A stretch of DNA of 64,000 nucleotides from Octopus vulgaris (GCA_951406725.2 OX597818.1:68138001-68202000), one strand, 5' to 3'. Shown: positions 25,754-41,441, counted from the stretch's first letter. Program-made: numbers and translations. The notes: generated by a model from the letters alone, not told the origin.

Positions 25754-26740
25754 TTAATGAATTTCAAATTAGGCTCTAATCCCATTATCACACAAGGCAA
25801 TATTTAATTTTACCATTTAAATATTTGTCTTTTGTTCACTTGAAACTTAACATCTCATATTTGTGGATTATTTTGAAAATAAAAATGCAACGACCGAATA
25901 GATTCCTGAGAGAAATAAGATCGAAAAATGGTTTAAGACAATTCCATCTGAACTGTAAATACGAAACCACCAAGGAAGTCGCTTCCTGGTTCTAGGAAGT
26001 GTTAGAAATCATAGTTAAGTTTTTGTTGAATCAAATCCTACATTATTCAAAACTGAAGGATTCCAGAAATAATGCATTCCTCTTTATACACAATAACCAT
26101 CATCATCATCGTCATCATCATTATTATCAGGCCTATTCCCTTCCGCTGCCGCAAAACTTTCTCCTGTTCTTCTTCTTCATCTGCCTCCTCTTCAACCCCC
26201 ACACTCTCTCCTCGTCTCTCTCCTTCTCATCATTCACTCAAGCTTCCATTGGTCAGACATAAAATCTGGAAGTGAGGTGGTGAAGATTTCGGTATGGGTC
26301 ATAGGTCAAAGGTCATATGCTGTTGGTCTGCTTAAGCAGAGTTAAGCTTAGATAAACAATAACAAAAACATTTGACATATTTACTTCTATAACCGTCACG
26401 TGATCACTGGCTTTGCTAGAAATATTTGTTAAATCTCTCTGAAATTACAAGTTAGAATCCTGGAATGGAAGAGCCACAATAAAGACAATAAGGGAAAATA
26501 CACATTCAGGTGTGTGTGTGTGTGTGTGTGTGCATCGCATCGTCTTCTCTTTTCTACCATTTTCCTATTCTTCTTCTTCTTACTACCACTCTTCATCTTC
26601 TTCTTTCTGCTCTTCCCTCTCCTCTTCCTCTTCCTCCTCTTCACCATCATCATCTAATGTCCAACATACATGCTGGCATGGGTTACATAGTTTACAAAGA
26701 TCCGATCAATTCAAGGACTGTGTGAGGCTCAAAATATCTG

Positions 26741-27082
26741 AAGGCGGCGAGCTGGCAGAAACGTTAGCATGCCGGGCGAATTGCGTAGCCGTATTTCATA
26801 TGTCGTTACATTCTGAGTTCAAATTCCGCCGAGGTAGACCTTGCACTGGGATCGATATAATCGACTTAATCCGTTTGTATGTCATTGTATGCCCCCTCTG
26901 TGTGTAGCCCCTTGTGGGTAGTAAAGAAATATGTATTCCGTATGTCATTACGTTCTGAGTTCAAATTCCGCCGACGGCGACTTCGCCTTTCAACCTTTCG
27001 GGGTTGATAAATTAAGTACCAATTACGTACTGGGGTCGATCTAATTGACTAGCCCCCTTCCATGTGCCTAGAGTAGAAAAGA
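26741..27082 (+). mobile_element. Two adjacent tRNA-derived SINE pieces (6118 family)
   Basis: aaggcggcgagctggcagaaacgttag head; ttctgagttcaaattccgccga occurs twice. Confidence 0.85.
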
Positions 27083-27123
27083 ATATATATTTATGTGTAT
27101 GCATATGTGTGTGAGTATGTGTT

Positions 27124-27176
<53 letters not shown>

Positions 27177-27420
27177 GTGCTAGCAGATATTAGAACACAA
27201 CCCAGCCCTCCTGTAATTTTGTTGAACTCTCCCATTGATTCCCTCTTGGATTCCCTCTTGCTGATGATGACAGTGATGTAGGAACATACAAACACGCGAG
27301 CGCGCACGCACACGCACACTCACATACACGTAGACGCAGATGCAGCAGACGCACACACATACACACACACATACACACACATTAATGCACACAGACATAT
27401 ATTTCAGAAGCTATATATAT

Positions 27421-27840
27421 ACTCTTTACTCTTTACTCTTTTACTTGTTTCAGTCATTTGACTGCGGCCATGCTGGAGCACCGCCTTTAGTCGAACAAAT
27501 CGACCCCGGAACTTATTCTTTGTAAGCCCAGTACTTATTCTATCGGTCTCTTTTGCCGAACCGCTAAGTGACGGGGACGTAAACACACCAGCATCGGTTG
27601 TCAAGCAATGCTAGGGGGACAAACACAGACACACAAACATACACACAAATACATATATATATATATACATATATGCGACAGGCTTCTTTCAGTTTCCGTC
27701 TACCAAATCCACTCACAAGGCATAGGTCGGCCCGAGGCTATAGTAGAAGACACTTGCCCAAGATGCCACGCAGTGGGACTGAACCCGGAACCATGTGGTT
27801 GGTTAGCAAGCTACTTATCACACAGCCACTCCTGCGCCTA
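27421..27840 (-). mobile_element. Young full-length tRNA-derived SINE (Octopus OK/OR type)
   Basis: Minus-strand head taggcgcaggagtggctgtgtga...ggttcagtccc; internal (TG) tract; (GAGTAAA)n tail. Confidence 0.92.
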
Positions 27841-27847
27841 TATATAT

Positions 27848-28250
27848 ACTCCTTTACTTGTTTCAGTCATTTGACTGCGGCCATGCTGGAGCACCGCTTT
27901 TAGTCGAGCAAATAGACACCGGGACTTATTCTTTGTAAGCCCAGTAGTATTCTATCGGTCTCTTTTGCCGAACCGCTAGGTGACGGGGACGTAAACACAC
28001 CAGCATTGTTTGTCAAGCAATGCTAGGGGGACAAACACAGACACACAAACACACACACATACACACATATATATATACATATATACGACAGGCTTCTTTC
28101 AGTTTCCGTCTACCAAATCCACTCACAAGACATTGGTCGGCCCGGGGCTATAGCAGAAGACACTTGCCCAAGATGCCACGCAGTGGGACTGAACCCGGAA
28201 CCATGTGGTTGATTAGCAAGCTACTTACCACACAGCCACTCCTGAGCCTA
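27848..28250 (-). mobile_element. Second young full-length copy of the same SINE, in tandem
   Basis: Highly similar to 27421-27840. Confidence 0.92.
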
Positions 28251-29535
28251 TGTATATATATATATATATATATCATTGTGGCATTGTAATCTCAATATAT
28301 GAACTTTTCAAGAAATGTAATTGCAGAGAAACATCATAACAATGTCTTTATATACAAATAGTTATGTTTTGGGGCTTATTCTCCATTCATTATTTTCATC
28401 CCTTTTAATATCTAAGTGCAAAGTGAGGTGGAAAAAATAGTAATCGAGAACCAAGGCTAGATTATTATACTTTGTATTATAGCTGCAAAATTATCACACA
28501 ACCTTACTCAGGGTTTCAAGTTCACTTCTTTATATGTGTGTGTTCGTGTTTGTGTTTATGTGTGTGTGTGTGTGTGTGTGTGTACGTACTATGCAATATC
28601 TTTGTACATACGTATGGGTGTGTCTGTTCCTCTGTTTCTTGAAAACTTGGAAGCTGTGATGTGTAAGGGGTAACTACCTACTCACCCACAGGATCATCTG
28701 CTATTTGACCCACAACTGAGGCCCTTGACAATTACTAAGGTCAGCTAATGTCAGCGACAAATAGAGATTGAGCCGTAACCCTCTACTCCGATACTCATTC
28801 TCTGAACTGCAGCTAAAGAACTTGCGAACGACGATAAGAGCTATTCAATGTATAAACTACATGCAAATAATGAACAGACACGGAACAAATTCATGCCAAA
28901 GAGTTTCACTCGGTCTTGTGGCGCAGCATGTACCGCAGACTTGTCTGGTTGCTGTTGGCACCAACATAGCAATGCCTGTAGCATTTATCCTGAACAAGCA
29001 AGGACTTCCCGTTAATCACCACCAATTTAACGTTGATGTCTGTATAATTCTTTCTTTTTTTTTATTTCTTGAAAGAACAAGTAAAATTCTTTGAGGATGT
29101 GAAAGCATTGTTCTGTCTTTGATAGAATGGCATGGATCAATAAGAAAATCAAGGAGAGCCGAAGCAGCAGCGGTAGCAGCAGCAGCAGCAGCAGCATGAT
29201 GTTATGACGTATTACTTTCTTATTGTCGTTTCAATATTTAATGCTATGTCTTTCACACGGAGCTGTTGCCACACATATACATATGCATGCTCACACGTAT
29301 GCAGAAGTGAAGACAGAGAGACAAAGCAAGGAAAAGGAATTTTATACGCATTATCACCGACAACATTACACACACACACATGTACTCACACACCCACACA
29401 GACTCACTTGCATACACACACACACACACACGCTAGATGTATTGCATTCACCATGTCCTCGGGTGCAACCTTCTGAAACCTTTCTTAAATAATATGATAT
29501 ATGTGTGTGCATGTATAATATATATATATATACAT

Positions 29536-29609
<74 letters not shown>

Positions 29610-29828
29610 GTGTGTGTGCATTTATAAGTATATCTCTTTTATGCACATACATCTACCTCACCCGTATAAATATATATGTGTATATATACATAGAATATAT
29701 ATATATATTTATTCAAAGGTATATGGGCACATGTATGTATGTGATTGTAGTACATATATATGCTACATTCACATAAATATATATATTGTACACAAGCCAC
29801 CATACGCTTACGCATTCCTCTAGAATTG

Positions 29829-29862
<34 letters not shown>

Positions 29863-29879
29863 TAATAATAATAATAATA

Positions 29880-29922
<43 letters not shown>

Positions 29923-30306
29923 CAACAACAATAATATATAGGTTGTGATTCTTTGATCTGCCACATTACACACTGGTGATTTCCTTACCAAAATCTCTCA
30001 TCCATGGCACCAATCCAACCTTATAGAACGTTGACGCTGTCACTTGGAGAATTAATCTATGAGAACAAGTGATAAAAGTTCAGTTTCTCTTAATAGTAGC
30101 TTGCTTGCTTCTCCTAATTACTGCGAGTCCCTCAGGTGTTGCTAAGGTATATGTATGTATTGATATATAGGTGTATATGTAAGGTGCTTTCAATGTGTGT
30201 ATGCAGGGGTATGCACATGCATCTGCAGAGGATGACACAGATATACACAAACGCACACAAATATGTGTATTTGTGTATATTTATATGAAGTGTGAGCCTA
30301 TATTGT

Positions 30307-30342
<36 letters not shown>

Positions 30343-30366
30343 AAATGTATGTATTCCTTTATAGAT

Positions 30367-30409
<43 letters not shown>

Positions 30410-31391
30410 CATACATATTTATATATATGCACACATACAGACACACACATATGAACACTTATATTCATACATGTGTATATATACTTAGATATACATAGAT
30501 ATTTATATGTATATATGTGGTATACACAGATATATACACGTGTATATTATTATATGTAAATGCATATACATGTGTGTGTGTGCGCACGCGTGCGTAACAT
30601 AGATAGGATATATATATATATGTCTGTGATTACGTTCTTGTGTATGTGTGTATGTGTGTGTGTTTGTGTGCGTGTGTGTGTGAGTATGTGTGTGTGTATG
30701 TGTTTCAATAACAGCATATATGCTTCATGGCTTTGGCGGAAAGGACTTCAAATCTCATTGAACATGTTTTTCCAGCTTGACACTTTTCTCTCGTCTCAAC
30801 TGTGATTTTTTTCTCTTTTCCATTAACGTGACTTGTAATCGTATTTTTTTCTCTCCTGAAGAAAGCAGCTAATATACCGGTGCCGTGGTCAAAGACAATG
30901 AAATCGATAACTGCAATGTGACGTATGCTAAAACTCAAACTGATAGTATGAGTCCGCTATAGCGAAATACCTTTCAACTAACCCAAGATCCAGAAACAGT
31001 AAAATATATTTTCTTGGTTCTTATTTAAACATTGCCATCAAGCTATAAGGTATCGTGTGGGTGAATGTAATTCTCTATAGCCTCTGGTCAATTCTCATGT
31101 TGTGAATGACATTAAGTAGACTAGAAATTGATAAGGAGGATTATACCAGTAAATAAAAGGTATGACCTTATTACTTGCTTCGTTAACGTGGCTGAAAAAA
31201 GTGCAATCACAGATTCAAGCAGTCAAAGGGAAGACCTTCTGTAAAAGGATTTCTGGCTTAATGTTTACACAACTCTGTGCGTGGCTCAGAAATGAGAGTC
31301 TTTGGAGGTTGAGCCATGCCTCCACAATGACCGTTTCATAGCAAAAGGCATGGATCGCAAAATGTACACTTCAAGCTGAACCAACCTAAGT

Positions 31392-31430
31392 TGTCTTCTT
31401 CATCCTCCTCCTCATCATCATCACCTTCAC

Positions 31431-31490
<60 letters not shown>

Positions 31491-31491
31491 T

Positions 31492-31525
<34 letters not shown>

Positions 31526-31880
31526 CCTTCACCATCATCATCATCATCATCATATCAACAACAACATCATCACCATCATCATCAACATCGTCATCATCAT
31601 CATATCAACAACAACATCATCATCATCATCATGCTCATCAACAACATCATCATCCTATCAACATCATCATCATCATTATCATCATCATCTTCATTTAATG
31701 CCCGCCTTCCTAGCTGGCATACGTTGGACAGTTTGACGGAGGCTGGAAAAGCCAGGTGCTGCACCAGGCTTCGTTTTTGGCTTGGATGCCCTTCCTAACA
31801 CCACCGACTTCACTAAGTGCACTTTTATGCGTCACCTTTTACATGGCACCATCACTTGTGCTTTTTACGTGACACCAGCA
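31392..31880 (-). mobile_element. (CAT)n tract plus RTE-like 3' tail
   Basis: tttaatgcccgcc...ggatgcccttcctaac after (CAT)n; same tail class at 61750-61900 and 4290-4500. Confidence 0.6.
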
Positions 31881-33451
31881 ACAAGACTGAACAATGCTCC
31901 AGGTATTGAGGAGATCCATGAGTTTTATCAAGAACATGCAAATTCTCTTCTGTGATGGAGTCATACAAAATTATATCCAGTACCTTGTGGTTGGTACAAG
32001 AGGGTCATTTATTTAGATCAAAGTTTTGACAACCTGTTGGTACCACATTAGCAGGTAGGCCCTACACGCTGTTAAGTGGGTGGTGTTAGGAAGCGAATCT
32101 TACCATTGAAAGTAAAGACAGAAAATAAAAGTTGCAAGAGCGATGTGGTTCCTCAACCCATTTAGGAGAGCAACGAAGATTCATCTTACCTAAAGAGTAA
32201 AATGATTGACTGAGAACGTTTTGGAATGGCGGTTTTAGTGATGGGCCTTATGTACATGACCCACATACATGCACCACTATCTCCCTAGCACCGACGTACA
32301 CATATTAGCAAACATACTGAGAGAGAGAGAGGGGGAGAGAGAAAACCGTAACTGAGAGCAAAAGAGATCCATTCACAATACTTTGGTTGGCATGGCGCTA
32401 TGGTAGAAGACATTTGCCCAAGATTCCACACAGTAGGACTGAACTCAGAACCCTGTGGTTGGGAATGAAACGTCTCACAGCCATGCCTGCGCCTAAACAG
32501 TAGAATTCTCGAAATTTACTTCAGGTTGCTATGGAAACATTAGTGTAAAACACATAAAAGTAAAGAAAATTGAATTAAACTAAAGCAGCAAATTCCTGAA
32601 GCTAGTTATCAAAACCATAAATTTTCTTTGATTTCTTTTCTAAGCTCATTTAAGCAGATTAATTAACTGCTTTAATCATTTGACTGGATTTATTCAAATT
32701 TCAACGTTTGGCTTCCTAGTGTTGTGCATAAAATACAAGTATGTAGTTTTTGTGTTACATGTGCTGCGTTATAGATATGCAGAGATGCATTTTAAACAGC
32801 ACACAGCATGCAGTTATTGAAGATGGAAATCTGCATGGATATAATGCGATCGGTAGTGCATGCCTGACGTGGGAGCGTTCACCCAGGGTTTGAGGACTTG
32901 GTGGTCACTGAGTTGTGCGAGGCACAATAGAGGCACTCAGTACACACTGTAATGCAGTTGGGTTTACGAAGGAATTCCAAGCAAAGAAACCGCACCAAAA
33001 CAGACACTGGAACATACTGCAATCTTTAAGACGATCGCATCTTGTCGAAGAAATGTCCATGCGATGTCAGCGTCGAACATGGATGTTAGATGATGAGGAT
33101 GAGTAGGAGAAGGAGGAGTGGGATGATACTATGATGGTGGTGGTGGTGGTGGTAGTGGTGGGGATGATGATGATGATAATGATTGCACACTATACACGCA
33201 ATGCGATAACATTTCTCCAAAAGGTTTGTGTCATTTGGTTTTCGCAAAGATTTTCTTTTTTAAATAATAATAAAGAAAATCTCTTTTTTTAAAAAATATT
33301 GTGGATGCACCAAAGTCAGTCATTTAAAATCTTTGAAATTTGTATATAAATATACATATATACATAATAAATAGATGTAGATATAGATACATATGCATGT
33401 GTGTGTATTTGTGTGTGTCTGTATAAATGTGTGTGTATAAAGGTATACATA

Positions 33452-34040
33452 TACGAGGACTGATCAATAAGTAACAGGACTGTTGCCATAGTAACAAGGC
33501 TAAAGCACGCAGAGTGAAGCTGCATGGCAAAGATTGACCTTGAGCACTGCTGTGCATGCGCACTAAGTTTTAACCCTCTAGCTCACTTCCGCTGTTTACA
33601 GCAGTGCTTGGAAGGAACGTGTGTAGTGTGTGATCGTCGCATTGACCATGACAGAGAACGTTGCCATGGTGATACCTGCTCAGAGGTCTACGCAAACTTG
33701 CAAAAAGTGTATAAGGAGGAGTGTACGAGCTGCACACAAGCGTACGCGTGTTTCAGACGTTTCCAAGATGACCGAAAATTGTCGATGTTAACGAACGTTC
33801 TGCGAGACCCGCAACCAACGGAACTGAGAGAAAGAAACAGCACTGATGCGCATGTAGATGGGAGGGGAAATCGTCGAATCACCATCCGTGAGTTACCAGA
33901 AGGTGTGCAAATCAGTTACGGTTCAGTTCACTTCATTATCACTGAAGATTTGGTTATGGCACGCGTGTCTGGCGAGTATGTGCCAAAAACTGCTTTCAGC
34001 TAACCAAAAAGACGCTCAGGTTTCAGTTGCACAAGATCTC
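33452..34040 (+). mobile_element. mariner/Tc1 remnant: left TIR plus decayed transposase HTH region
   Basis: TA-cgaggactgatcaataagt TIR; SEVYANLQKVYKEE...FRRFQD, RRITIREL...ISYGSVHFIITEDL...YVPK (WVP motif). Confidence 0.85.
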
Positions 34041-34484
34041 CATAAACCAGACAGCGATCGCGTGGTAGAGGTGAGGGGAGGAGTTGAAGAAGGCAGAGGG
34101 ACTAAGAGGAGAAAGAAATCAGAAGGACCAAATAATGAGAGGGAGGGATCACAGAATGTGAGGGAGGGAGAGAAAGAAAAAACAAGGTAGAAGGGAGGTG
34201 AGAAAACAAAAGAAACTGAGAGATAAAAGGGAGGGGGAAAGGGATTAAGGAATACGAGAGAGGGAACCTTGATTTATCTATGCAGCCTTACGTACAATTT
34301 GGTGTTTACAATATATATGTGTGTGTGTGTGAATGCGTATGTATATATATATATCTATATATATGTAAGTGTGTATATATATATATATATGTATATCTAT
34401 ATATATATATATACACACTTACATATATATATATATATGTGTGTGGTGTGTGTGTGTGTGAATATGTATATCTATATATATATG

Positions 34485-34520
<36 letters not shown>

Positions 34521-34699
34521 CCAAATTACTATCACAAGGCATTGGTTAACCCTGGCCAATAGCAGAAGCAACTTACCCAAAAGTGCCACGCTGTAGAATG
34601 ATACTGAGATCACAGTTTTGAAACAAACATCTTAATGACCCACATATACAATTAAAATGGACAAATTCTCCAAGTGCCAAGCGCAGAGCATGTAATGAG

Positions 34700-35230
34700 A
34701 AAGCGGAATCCGTTATACACACAAGTTCCTATAGCTCTTTGGCACAGAAAGGATATAAACGTAGACACGACCTTTTGGCCAAGGCATTCCACTGGGTTAT
34801 ATTACGGTAAATTAGGATTTAAAGTAGGAAGAAAATGGAAGAAACACCAACCTGAAAATGTAATAAATAGAGAACCATCAGTATAAGGTGTCATGGGATG
34901 TCAATGACTTGACTGATCTCGAACGTCATGCAAGACGATCAGATATTATCATTTTGAGGCAAGGATATAAAGAGTGCATCATCATAGATGTGGAAATATC
35001 AGCGAGCATGAATGTGGCAGTCAAATATCTGGAGAAAATAGAGTTTGGCTTTGGAAATGCGAAGACTGCGGAGAGTTTCTACAAAAGTAATTGCAGTTGT
35101 GAGGGGTGCCCCAAGTACCGTCATTAACGGTCCCTTTATTGAGATGTTTATGACGACAAGAGTTGTATTGATTCAGAACTCTGGTGTATTCGGAAGAATA
35201 AGGATTTTAAGAAAGGTCCTCCATATCATA
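34700..35230 (+). pseudogene. R4/Dong-like LINE endonuclease remnant
   Basis: WKKHQPENV, SWDVNDLTD..HARRSDIII...CIIIDVEI, IRILRKVL. Confidence 0.8.
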
Positions 35231-35789
35231 GGATATTGGTTCCAATGTAACACATTCATGCACATCACGAATAATAGCTATAGTAATGATTGGTTTCTCC
35301 CGTCGAAGATGGTGGATGAGTGTTCAGCTTCTTCACCGAAATTATTCGCTTATAGTGATCAAATTAATGTGTTGTACATTAGCTCACTCTCTCCGTAAAA
35401 TCGAAGTTGCCTGAAAAGGTGAATAAGTAACGTGAGATGAAGTGGTTTTTTTTCCCCAAGAACACAACGCACCATCCGATCTAAGTATTGAAAAAACGAC
35501 CTCGCAATCATGAATACGACAACCTAAATACCAAATTAAAAACAACGACAGCAATAATGGTTAAACTTTGAAATCGACTTTGAAAGGCAATTTTGTAAGT
35601 CAGTAGCATCGAACACTGTACATTATTAGTACTGTTATCAGCACCAAGACGAAGATCTTGGCAGGGTTTTCACTCTAAGTGCAAAAAACCAGAAGAATTG
35701 CAGTCAAGCATCTGTTTGATGTATTTAGGATGTTGCCAACTGACTGCCATACGTCGTTCAGAGTTTGTCCCAGAACCAGTAATATTAGC

Positions 35790-35975
35790 GTGGTGGGGTG
35801 GGGGATTGGTCGATTACATCCAAACCCAGTACTTGACTGGCACTTTGTTTTGGTGGCTCCAAAAGGATGAAAGGTAAGACGATGCCACGGTGGGGTTTGT
35901 GAACGCAGAACATAAGGAGTCAAAAGAAATGCCACTAAACATTTTACCAAAGTTCTAATGATTCTACCAGCTTGA
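35790..35975 (-). mobile_element. SINE (6118 family), old
   Basis: Aligns by eye to 58492-58708. Confidence 0.7.
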
Positions 35976-36794
35976 ATGATAACAACAACAATCATTCTGA
36001 AGCACTGAGATTAGGTGAAGCAGCCAGATTATAATCTGAAGCATCAAGTAATAGCTGATGGTTGAGTTATTATATATAAGAGGATATTTCATAATAAATA
36101 CCAGCACTATGCAGTAAGTGAAGACTAAAATCAATAGAATCGGAAATGAAAGCTGGCTCAAAGAACTGATTAAGATTCGGAACATGAGATCCTGTTCATC
36201 AGGAAATTATCTTTAATGGGGATATTTTCATCAAAGAGCGATACGAATGAGGAAGATTATGGAAAAGACGTATAGGTTTGATAAAATAGCCATCAATAAG
36301 GTTAATTCCTCTGCAGTCCGATATATAATTCATAGAAGGCTATGAATTTCAAGAATTCGTTCATTTGAAAAGCTGTTAAATTCTATGATTTCTCCGACAT
36401 AATCAACAACGTCAATTGGATGCTTAAAGTGTTTAAAGAATCCGTGCATTCATTGGTTTTAAAGGATTGGATATTTCTGCCTAAAAAAAGGTACATTAAC
36501 AGAAGGAGACATAAAATAAATTAGGAAGCAACCTTCACAGATAATGAATAAGGAATATTAATATTGCGTGTGTGCTTGTTTTTTTGTTTTTATATTAGTT
36601 TCAGTCATTAGATAATAGTTTCTCCCCGAGCCGTGTAGACTCGTAGGATATGTTTCCATGCTTCTGTGGCATATATATATATATATATTCTCCACTGGAC
36701 GGGACGCAGGATTACTCACTTTCGCTAGTTGAGTGGATGGAAGTAACATGAAATGAAGTGTTTTGCATAGATATGTATACAGATGCACATATAC

Positions 36795-36914
<120 letters not shown>

Positions 36915-37563
36915 TATATGTGCACATATAACTATAGAATCCACTTTAGTGATTCTGTTGAACTTTGCATATTGGTCTATTACCAACTGTGATGTTTTGA
37001 GCATTTATTTTAGCATTTATTGATTTCAAACAATTGAATCTTCTCTGCATTCTTTCAATGGTGCAATGGTTGGTGGTGTAGGGAGATGGAGGGTGTTTGG
37101 TAGATCTTAAAATCTAATATCATTACCGCCTTATATTTCAGAGATTTCTCTAAATATAGTCCCACAAAATACTTGGTCACAACTGCAGTTGGATTTATGG
37201 AAGATGAAGTATGTTTTCTATCAACTTTTAATGAATGTGTCAAGCAATTTCCGTTGTCGATAACATTTTACATGGCGGCCATTGTGAAGAAACAGGTGGT
37301 GGTAGTGGTAGTGGTGGGGGGAGGGGTGACTGTGGGGTTTTATAAATGAACGGAAGGGAAAAGTGAAGAAAGGAAACTTATTTCTTGAATGAAGAACTAA
37401 TTCAGTTAACGTTAATGGTGAGTCAGGGATAAGGTTTAAATCTGTGTTTGTATGATTATGGCTGGCACAAACTTGGCAGTGAGTATGTAGATATATTTCT
37501 CTTTCTCTCGCTCTCTCACTCTCTCTCTCTCTCTCTCTCTTTCTCTCATTCTCATTGTATATG

Positions 37564-38805
<1,242 letters not shown>

Positions 38806-38884
38806 AGTTTATTATTATCATTATTATTATTATTGTTATTGTTGTTGTTGGTGGTGGTGGTGGTGCTACTGTTGCTGTCGGCGA

Positions 38885-40525
38885 CTTAAGAAGTGTTTTC
38901 AGCGCTCCGTAAATTTGGATTTTCTTGTGTCTTTTTTTAAAGTTTTATTTGACTGTTTTGTTTTCCGAACCCCTTTTAGGGTGCAGAAGGGATTCTTTTG
39001 TTGAAATTTCTCTCTTTTAGGGGTGAATTTTGGACTTGTTGTCCATTAAAAATATCTTTGTTTCTTCGTCTAACGAAAAAAAAGGATGGCTTCCTCTATC
39101 GAGGGTAGTGGCAGTGGCTGTTCTAACAGCCAGTACAGCCAAGATTTCCCACCTCTGAACAGCACAAGTAGCTGTACGAACATCACTCATAACACCTGCA
39201 CCACGACTGATACAGAAAAAGAAAGAAAGAAAAGTCAAGTAGACGCCACCATCGCCACCACCGACATGAACAAGTCAAGTAACGACAAGCAAAATAAAGA
39301 AGAAAATAACAGCACGAGCGAAAAAGACAAATCAAGCAGACACGGTTTCGCTTCCGCGCCGAAACAAACGCGAAAGAAAGATTAAACCTAATATTGGAGA
39401 ATTTTAAAAATTCGAAGGAGCTGTTAGGGAAACAAGGCAATAATGTCTCACCAAATACTTGAAAAGAAATGGACACAAACCGTAAAACAATTACATACAA
39501 ATGTCTAAACAAGAAAAAAAGGCTTTGGAAAGAGCAACACAAAAACAGTTGGATTTAATACTGAAACCGATATTGAAAAATCAAAACTTATGTGATACGG
39601 GGAAAATGATTTGGTACTGTGGAAGTGCGCCTCGCAACGGAGGAAGAAACAAGAAAATATTCCACAACGCCATTAATATCGGAGGACGTTGATACTCCTG
39701 CCGACATATATCTTGGTCGGCGCGTCCTAAAAATTATAATTGCGGAGGTGTCCCCTAAAATAAATATATGCTGGCTAGTGGCGGCTGTCATCTATGATGT
39801 AGAGAGCACCGCCAGTATACTGGAGGTGCATAAATTGCACCAACAAAATTGAACGAGTCAGGGATTGGAGCTTCTTGTTCAAATTGAATAGGGGGCTTTA
39901 AATTCTATCCCTGACGCTATAAATTTACCAGACGGCACGAGACTGGAAGTGACCGTGGAGGGCAAACGAACGAGGTGTTACTTTTATGGGAGCGACCAGC
40001 ACCTTCAGGTAAACAGCCCCACACACAAAGAGATGCGTCGAGGGCTGCAAGTGACAGCAGAAGCGGGGGCACCTCCAGTGCAGCAGCAGCAGCAGAAACC
40101 AGCCCCATCACCACCAACAGCAACGCCGCCTCTAGCCGTCGCCTGGGCACCACCAACCCCAACACCAACAAAACCAGATGGTGCACCACCACCACCACCA
40201 ACAACAACATTTGAACCCAAGCAAGACGAACAACCAGAGAATATCCCTCTTCCGGACCAAAACGACTCGGACAGTTCGAGTATTGAGGCCGAGAAGGCAA
40301 ACTGTTCCCCACCAAAAAAGGAGAAGAAAAACAGTAGAAAAAGAGAGAGAGGTGCAAACAGGAGGAAATTTCCAACAGCAGCAACAAGCAAACAACAACA
40401 ACAACAACACTAACACCAACGCAGTACACAGCACAAACAGACCGCACAAACACCACCAACCTCACAGCCATCGATACCGACGACACACACTTTGTTAAAT
40501 ACATCAGACAACACACAGCTACCAC
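38885..40525 (+). pseudogene. 5' UTR and disrupted gag-like ORF1 of an L1/Tx1-like LINE; no ORF2
   Basis: ATG at 39086; fragments VEVRLATEEE, YLGRRVLKIII, LPDGTRLEVTVEGKRTRCYFYGSDQH (degenerate CCHC), then a Pro/Thr/Lys-rich tail; stops and frameshifts. Confidence 0.6.
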
Positions 40526-41220
40526 ATGAGGAGGGCCTCATAAAGAAGCGCTGCTCGCTAAATGTGGATGGAACTTGTGAAAAGGGAGACTCAGAAAGAC
40601 ATGGGATGAAGTAGTGAAGAATGACTTCGAATTGTTGAGTCTGGCAGAGGAGATAAATAAACTGAGATGATTGATGATTTGCTGTGCTTGAGAAGAATTT
40701 TACATCTCAACAAAATTAGGTTCAAAAGCATACCGTTATGGCTAAGCTGTGCACAAAATATTCCCTGATAAATCTCCCCTATAACTCGTTTTCCTGACAC
40801 CCTTGCTCCAGCTGTGCTCACCATTTAATGCATTCCCTTCTGCCTCCAACACTCTCCATCTGCCACTCTTCTTTTGCACTCCCACGAATTTACCTAACCA
40901 CTAACCCTCCCCTGTCCTCACTACCACTTGTCCACAATTCACCTCCCTTGAACTGATGGGAACGTCCAGATATAGCATTGCTAAGACCTTCTCTCTTTTC
41001 AAGTTGATGTAGCTTTATACATTCCTGAGAACAAGGCACCTCATTCTGACCCTTTATTCTGACTTCTTATCACCTGGCGCAAAGTTACCTCCCTCATTTG
41101 CTAGGGTGTCTTGTAATGTGAGTATTAGAGACCTCACTGGTGCTGGTGCCATTTAAAATGCACCCATTACACTCTATAAAGTGGTTGGTATCACGAAGGA
41201 CATTAGGCCATAGAACAATA
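40526..41220 (+). mobile_element. RTE-like LINE 3' end
   Basis: GRLRKTWDEVVKNDFELLSL (RGRPRKTW-like C-terminal motif) followed by a UTR and the tail taaagtggttgg..aaggacat. Confidence 0.7.
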
Positions 41221-41243
41221 CACATACAGGTATGTATATGTGC

Positions 41244-41281
<38 letters not shown>

Positions 41282-41441
41282 GCACATATACATACCTGTA
41301 TGTGTATTGTTCTATGGCCTAATGTCCTTCGTGATGCCAACCACTTTATAGAGTGTAATGGGTGCATTTTAAATGGCACCAGCACCAGTGAGGTCTCTAA
41401 TACTCACATTACAAGACACCCTAGCAAATGAGGGAGGTAAC
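41084..41441. repeat. Near-perfect palindrome: 161-bp arms around (TA)18
   Basis: 41084-41244 versus 41281-41441, one mismatch seen (41189/41336); mirrored ORF pairs confirm it. Confidence 0.97.

Noticed and set aside
28640-29100. Unique-looking 108-aa ORF with an octamer motif
   Set aside because: Non-ATG start, no recognisable domain or convincing splice sites
35964-36330. Hydrophobic minus-strand translation resembling GPCR TM6-TM7
   Set aside because: Multiple stops and no diagnostic motifs; AT-rich antisense of probable old LINE sequence
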